DNA from: Aureliella sp.
GTDB lineage: Bacteria > Planctomycetota > Planctomycetia > Pirellulales > Pirellulaceae
Length of the DNA: 64,000 bases
Direction: 5' to 3'
Assembly: GCA_963691875.1 (NCBI GenBank)
Contig: OY829846.1
Coordinates: forward strand, 3,168,001 to 3,232,000
A model generated the notes under the pieces. The model saw only the letters and a program-made list of their open reading frames with translations, was not told the origin of the DNA and made no database searches. Position numbers and translations under genes: made by a program. Below are positions 60,001 through 64,000 of this stretch, piece by piece. How positions within the stretch are numbered: the first letter of the stretch is position 1; every line of letters starts with the position of its first letter.

Positions 60001-63000
60001 AGCAGATAGTATTCGCGATGCAGCTGGTACCTTCCCTGGCGATGAGTCGATCATCTTTGACGGCGACGCGGACGGAACTCCAGGCGGCACCTACGATTTC
60101 TGGTTCCAAACGCGACCACTAAATCGGGTGCTGAGCTTCAACGCTGGTGCTACACCTTCGCTGGAAGGAAAGATCGTCGAGCTGACGGGCGCCAACGGCG
60201 TAACGCGTCGCTTCGAGTTTACGACCTCTACTTTCGTAGGCGTTGGCAACACAGCGGTCGTTTTCACTTCTGGTGCAAATTCTGGCACACTGGCCGCGAG
60301 TCTGGCTCAAGCTATCCTTTCGAGGCCAGAACTTGGCATCAACGCTGTTGCTAACGGCGACGAAATTGAATTGACCGGCGATCGATCTGTCGATCTTTCA
60401 CCCGGTTTGGATGTCATCGACATCCTCGGCAAGACAATTTTCGTGGACAAGACAGCAGGGGTGAATGCTGATGGCTCGTTGGCGCGGCCCTTCAACAACA
60501 TCTCCGGTGCGGGTGTTCCAAATGCATTTGAGGCTGCACAGCCCGGCGATATCGTACGGATTGTTGGAAACGGCGGTGGTGACGATGACATCACCACAGT
60601 CGGAGATAACTTTGCCTATGAAGTTGGCTTCAGCCTGATCGGCAATAACCCACTTAGCGACGGTGATGCACTTGAGGTTCCCCAGGGCGTGACGACCATG
60701 ATTGATGCCGGGGCGATCTTCAAGTTGCGAAGATCCCACATCGGCGTCGGTAGCTCGAACTTGGGTGTAGACCGCAGTGGTGCAGCTCTGCAAGTTCTCG
60801 GTACTCCGTATCTGACGGACACTGACGGCGGCTTCCTGCGAGATCCGCTCGGCAACAAAGTTCCTGGTAGTGTCTTCTTCACTTCGTGGCTGGATGAGGC
60901 AATAGGTCAAGATACTTATCTGCCAGACACCCAAGCCTCGACGGGCGACTGGGGTGGCATCTCCTACCGAGACGACGTGGACACCGATGCAGGCAGACGA
61001 AATCTCGAAGATGAAGGGATCTTCCTGCAGTACGTGAACCATGCTGATCTACGATACGGTGGCGGCAGCGTAAACATCGATTCGGTCGAGCAAGTAGTCA
61101 ATCCGATTCAAATGATTGACGTCCGTCCTACGGTCACTTTCAACACCGTTTCTCTGAGTGCTGATGCAGCGATGAGTGCGGCGCCGGATAGCTTTGCTGA
61201 AACCAGTTTCCACGAGCCTCTGTATCAGCTGGGCGGGCTCTTCACCAGCGACTACTCGCGGGTCGGTCCAGAAATACACAACAACCAACTGAACAACAAC
61301 TCGTTGAATGGTCTTTTCATCAAGGTCGAAACTGCTGCCGGCCAATCGATTCGTCCGCTCACTGTGGGTGCTCGATTTAACGATATCGACATCACGCATA
61401 TCGTGGCCGAGAACGTGATTGTCACCGGAACCCCAGGTGGTGCCATTCTCGATACCACTATTCCGCGAGCGAACTTAGTATCACTTGAACCCATTCCAGG
61501 CGGTTCCTTACTACCAGGTTCTTACAATTACAAGATCTCGTTCGTAGATGCTGCGGGCTATGAGACGCCGGCATCTGAAGCGAGCTTTACAGCGGCTCTG
61601 ACACCCGGTGCTGAGCAGGCAATTCGCTTACGCGGTCTACCCCGAGCCACAGGCGAGTATGTTAGTCGTCGCCTATACCGCAGTGATTCGCAGGGCGGGG
61701 GGGTCTACGAGCGAGTCGCAGAGATCGACGCGATTTCGACTGAGTTCCTAGATACTGGATTGCAAGCCGCTGGTAAGCTCACTCGCGATCGTGCCGATGT
61801 ATCTGGCGTGACAGGCCTGGCTTCCGCGGGACAAGGGACGCTCAATGGCGTATTCAATTATCGCTTGGTGATGGTTGACGCGGCAGGCCGTGAAAGCCTA
61901 GCTTCCAATCCTACTGGCGATGTCGATACCGGTGCAGCCACTAATGCAAGTATCACACTGACCGGCTTGCCGACTGTCCAAGCTGACTTTGTTAGCGCGA
62001 GGGTTTATCGGAGTGCCACTGGCGGTGCTGGCCCATACATTCTTGTCGGTAGCTACGGTCCAAGCGACACAGCGTTTACCGATAACGGCACAAATCTTGG
62101 CACCGAACTTTCCATCTACACCAGTGGTAACCTAAGACCACGACTCGATGCCAGCCTGGTCATCGATCCAGGTGCTGTCGTGAAGTTTGAAGGTGCACGT
62201 ATCGAGCTTGAGCAAGGCACGAATATGCTCGCTGAAGGTGTTGATGGTGCTGATATCATCCTTACTAGTTTGCTAGATGATCGATTCGGCGCAAGCGGTT
62301 CCTTCGACACCAACAACGATTTCGATTCTGCTAGCCCGGCCCCTCGGGATTGGGGCGGCATCTACGCCGGCTCTGGGTCTAACCTGAGCCTCGATCTCAC
62401 GACATTTGCCTACGCAGGCGGTGTGACCAGGATTGAAGGTACCTTCAAGGCATTCAACCCGATTGAGATCCAGCAGGCGGAAGCACGGATCACAAACTCG
62501 CACTTTGAATTCAATGAAGATGGTATTGGCGGACAAGGACCGACCAATCGACTTGGGCGACTCGACAACCGCCCTGCAACGATATTTGTGCGTGCTGCAC
62601 AGCCAATCATTTTTGGCAATACTTTTGAAAACAACGCTGGTTCTGTCATCGACATTGATGCTGATAGTCTCAATGCAAAGCTCAAGGGAGATTATGGCCG
62701 TTCGACGGGGCTGATCGATCGCGTGGAAGGTCTCGATACCAATCGCGGACCATTGGTTCGAGACAATCGCCTAGCGAATAACGAGTTGAACGGCATGGAG
62801 ATCCGTGGTCGCGAACTGCGGACAGCGAGTGTTTGGGACGACACGGATATCGTTCACGTCCTATTCAACAGCGTGAGCGTTTCCAATCTGCAGCACGAAG
62901 GCGGATTGCGTTTGCAAAGCTCGCCAAGTGAATCGTTGGTCGTCAAGCTGCTCGGTTATGGTTCCAACTTCGACTTGACCGCTGGTACGGGTATCACAGC

Positions 63001-64000
63001 TACCGGCTTCCACACTAATGCCAATGATCGAGTTGGTGGTACGGTTGAAATCATCGGTCAGCCTGGTTTCCCAGTGGTTCTAACCAGCTTCCACGACGAT
63101 ACAGTTGGTGCAGGCCTACAGCCTGACGGAACACCACAAACGGACACGAACAACAACGGTATCAGCTCGGTTCCGCGATCAGCAGATTGGCGAAGTGTTC
63201 TTTTGGATCAGTTCTCCAATGACCAAAACGTAGAACGTATCCTGGAGTCGGAGTCTGCGACTGCGATTGCTCCCGGACCGAACAGCCTCGCGTCAACAGC
63301 GCAAGTTCTTGGTAATCTCGCTGCAAACGACACCAGCAGTGACGAAAACAACATGCGTCAAGGCTTCTCAGTCCTAGGAGCTCTCTCTGAGCCGACTGAC
63401 GTTGACGTTTACAGCTTCACCGCCGAAGCAGGCACAGAAGTTTGGTTGGACGTCGACAACACGCGTCACAGCCTAGACCTCACGATTGAGCTCCTGAATG
63501 CTGACGGCGACCTGTTAGCCCGCAGTGACGATTCCAACGTCGAAACAACCAACGCCAGTTTGATTACCAAGACTGCGGCAATTGTTCCAACGTTTGTAAA
63601 CCCGCTGAATGAAGCGGTCGGCGACTTCCGCACAAATGCGAGCGGCTCGTTTAAAGAGTACGGTTCGACGAACCCTCGGGATGCCGGGTTGCGAGTCTTG
63701 CTTCCTGGTGCGACGGGTGCTCGTACGACATTCCACTTCCGAGTTCGAAGTGCTAGTATCAACCCCGAGAATTTTAACGCCGGTTTGACGAGTGGTTCGT
63801 ATGAAGTTCAAGTTCGTACGGGTGCAGCTCAGGACTTCCCGGGTTCGACCATTCAGTACGCAGATATTCGTTATGCTACGAACGGGGTTCACTTGCAAGG
63901 CTTGCCTGGGCACTCGCCGCTCTTGGGCGAAGTCCAGGAAGATGAGTCATCAGTTGGTGGTGGCGGATACGCAAACAATGATGTGAATGCACTGAATAAC
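57026..64000 (+). CDS. Giant Planctomycete extracellular/surface protein (>2325 aa, 3'-truncated by the window), absent from the ORF track
   Basis: MANRKSHS...KRRLRGLLLETLEERRLLAVGPQLVGIQPN (Planc_extracel/LEPR-XLL-type motif). No stop in the parts I translated, the track lists no terminated ORF in this frame, and the frame reads ...NDVNALNN at the end. Contains PPC-like, M10-like, beta-helix and FN3-like modules. Confidence 0.9.
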   Translation, partial: MANRKSHSASFSSSSDSQKAKQDAKRRLRGLLLETLEERRLLAVGPQLVGIQPNGSDLLFNGDVRTESPRELTFRFDDMQQIHPDTLQGIRLTASGGDGSFGLPSAASDFGSRGAVEIQLTSTDEDRTLTVNVGSVDLGNGTAPSFGLSGDTITIVLNSNATSPTTAQQLVDAINTAPLLQSVMTAAINGGHADAALGTNALSIAVVDDNDVRIEPGFAVVGQAPNENEVTLRYGEALPDDQYRIEVFGFDDNVQGVVGLRNNDAGQPGELFIPSDPGTRKDTVDFYLDPGPQVTSVVPQPVIRGSNGLEQLRDTIVVHFDNDKLLVENDANGNPMPQSVENPEFYQLIFTKDTVRNTDDFRFFPQNVEYNAVTNSATLRFGQDINDLPGANAGPRTFRLRVGTRESAPMAPVVSNAAATTISDLNTDGAAKFRFVARELGEAGNGVEIVVVNSLSGNPLEITASGKTINVDLGSNNVTAGELLVALQNSSASSGLVSIQLEPGSDPNVVLDQPINYSPIQVVGLGSSFDTAGDLGVIGSTDVNQTSIILSSDIDPVAFESDLVGANDDPGHRQLPDTAGFERHINDLFGADSIDGVTTIPYNFQLLYGEDSIGTPLTNAITEKQKERAREALQIWSNQIGVQFIETDSQGITIATGSFNAFDGPGAGQVITEGGISTGVRIDPTFEDSLLVLSAVRQWEDNYGEDYFRAALTGMGMLLGLERAGDTPVGTLMRLSTGFVNGSGAEPIFPGTIDVLHAQHVFRNDSNDIDLYRFEVDLEPGREGLFVAETFAERLPNSSSLDTLLHVYKQRQAFANSNFAAGAGLNVRFDAIKPGRLGNNLEIFVTSSDRGAGAPVLVSAFENLITVDLNSHLGTESTAQQVVDAINADTAAAALVRASVTGGSPSTVLGSREITYSPIVLSDGDVELIARNDDYSSEDSKIELNLGSGTYYIGVSASGNDAYDGVIEDTGLDGSTQGRYDLRVTYRAQVDAADSIRDAAGTFPGDESIIFDGDADGTPGGTYDFWFQTRPLNRVLSFNAGATPSLEGKIVELTGANGVTRRFEFTTSTFVGVGNTAVVFTSGANSGTLAASLAQAILSRPELGINAVANGDEIELTGDRSVDLSPGLDVIDILGKTIFVDKTAGVNADGSLARPFNNISGAGVPNAFEAAQPGDIVRIVGNGGGDDDITTVGDNFAYEVGFSLIGNNPLSDGDALEVPQGVTTMIDAGAIFKLRRSHIGVGSSNLGVDRSGAALQVLGTPYLTDTDGGFLRDPLGNKVPGSVFFTSWLDEAIGQDTYLPDTQASTGDWGGISYRDDVDTDAGRRNLEDEGIFLQYVNHADLRYGGGSVNIDSVEQVVNPIQMIDVRPTVTFNTVSLSADAAMSAAPDSFAETSFHEPLYQLGGLFTSDYSRVGPEIHNNQLNNNSLNGLFIKVETAAGQSIRPLTVGARFNDIDITHIVAENVIVTGTPGGAILDTTIPRANLVSLEPIPGGSLLPGSYNYKISFVDAAGYETPASEASFTAALTPGAEQAIRLRGLPRATGEYVSRRLYRSDSQGGGVYERVAEIDAISTEFLDTGLQAAGKLTRDRADVSGVTGLASAGQGTLNGVFNYRLVMVDAAGRESLASNPTGDVDTGAATNASITLTGLPTVQADFVSARVYRSATGGAGPYILVGSYGPSDTAFTDNGTNLGTELSIYTSGNLRPRLDASLVIDPGAVVKFEGARIELEQGTNMLAEGVDGADIILTSLLDDRFGASGSFDTNNDFDSASPAPRDWGGIYAGSGSNLSLDLTTFAYAGGVTRIEGTFKAFNPIEIQQAEARITNSHFEFNEDGIGGQGPTNRLGRLDNRPATIFVRAAQPIIFGNTFENNAGSVIDIDADSLNAKLKGDYGRSTGLIDRVEGLDTNRGPLVRDNRLANNELNGMEIRGRELRTASVWDDTDIVHVLFNSVSVSNLQHEGGLRLQSSPSESLVVKLLGYGSNFDLTAGTGITATGFHTNANDRVGGTVEIIGQPGFPVVLTSFHDDTVGAGLQPDGTPQTDTNNNGISSVPRSADWRSVLLDQFSNDQNVERILESESATAIAPGPNSLASTAQVLGNLAANDTSSDENNMRQGFSVLGALSEPTDVDVYSFTAEAGTEVWLDVDNTRHSLDLTIELLNADGDLLARSDDSNVETTNASLITKTAAIVPTFVNPLNEAVGDFRTNASGSFKEYGSTNPRDAGLRVLLPGATGARTTFHFRVRSASINPENFNAGLTSGSYEVQVRTGAAQDFPGSTIQYADIRYATNGVHLQGLPGHSPLLGEVQEDESSVGGGGYANNDVNALNN

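Noticed and set aside
57178..63986. Numerous 60-216 aa ORFs listed in the track here
   Set aside because: They are antisense or off-frame shadows of the giant + strand ORF.
1..64000. CRISPR array, tRNA/rRNA, transposase, prophage or defence island
   Set aside because: No regularly spaced repeats with unique spacers, cloverleaf or rRNA signatures, or integrase/transposase/phage genes were seen by eye.

Overview
A gene-dense chromosomal window from a planctomycete, probably Pirellulaceae-like. The basis is a giant exported protein carrying the Planctomycete extracellular 'LETLEERRLLA' motif, a lipoprotein PQQ-like propeller, a prenyltransferase-repeat protein and several large hypotheticals. 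Housekeeping genes include surE, sthA, hisH, topB, tyrA, purL, lnt, pqiA/pqiB and a FabH-like synthase. Highlights: (1) two ORF-track calls (18995-19249 and 19259-20161) are one reading frame broken by a single in-frame TGA. The TGA sits in a thioredoxin-like C-T-(TGA) site and is followed by a SECIS-like hairpin, so this is a candidate secreted SelN-like selenoprotein. (2) A >2,300-aa surface protein, missing from the ORF track, runs from 57026 off the window end, with a degenerate metalloprotease domain and repeated inserted modules. (3) A GriC/GriD (EhpF/EhpG)-like carboxylate reductase pair lies next to a GMC oxidoreductase. (4) A fatty acyl-AMP ligase-ACP-alpha-oxoamine synthase fusion. 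(5) An exactly duplicated sigma-54 promoter motif. (6) Several families of short intergenic repeats. I saw no rRNA, tRNA, CRISPR array, transposase or prophage. All calls come from reading motifs by eye; no searches were run.
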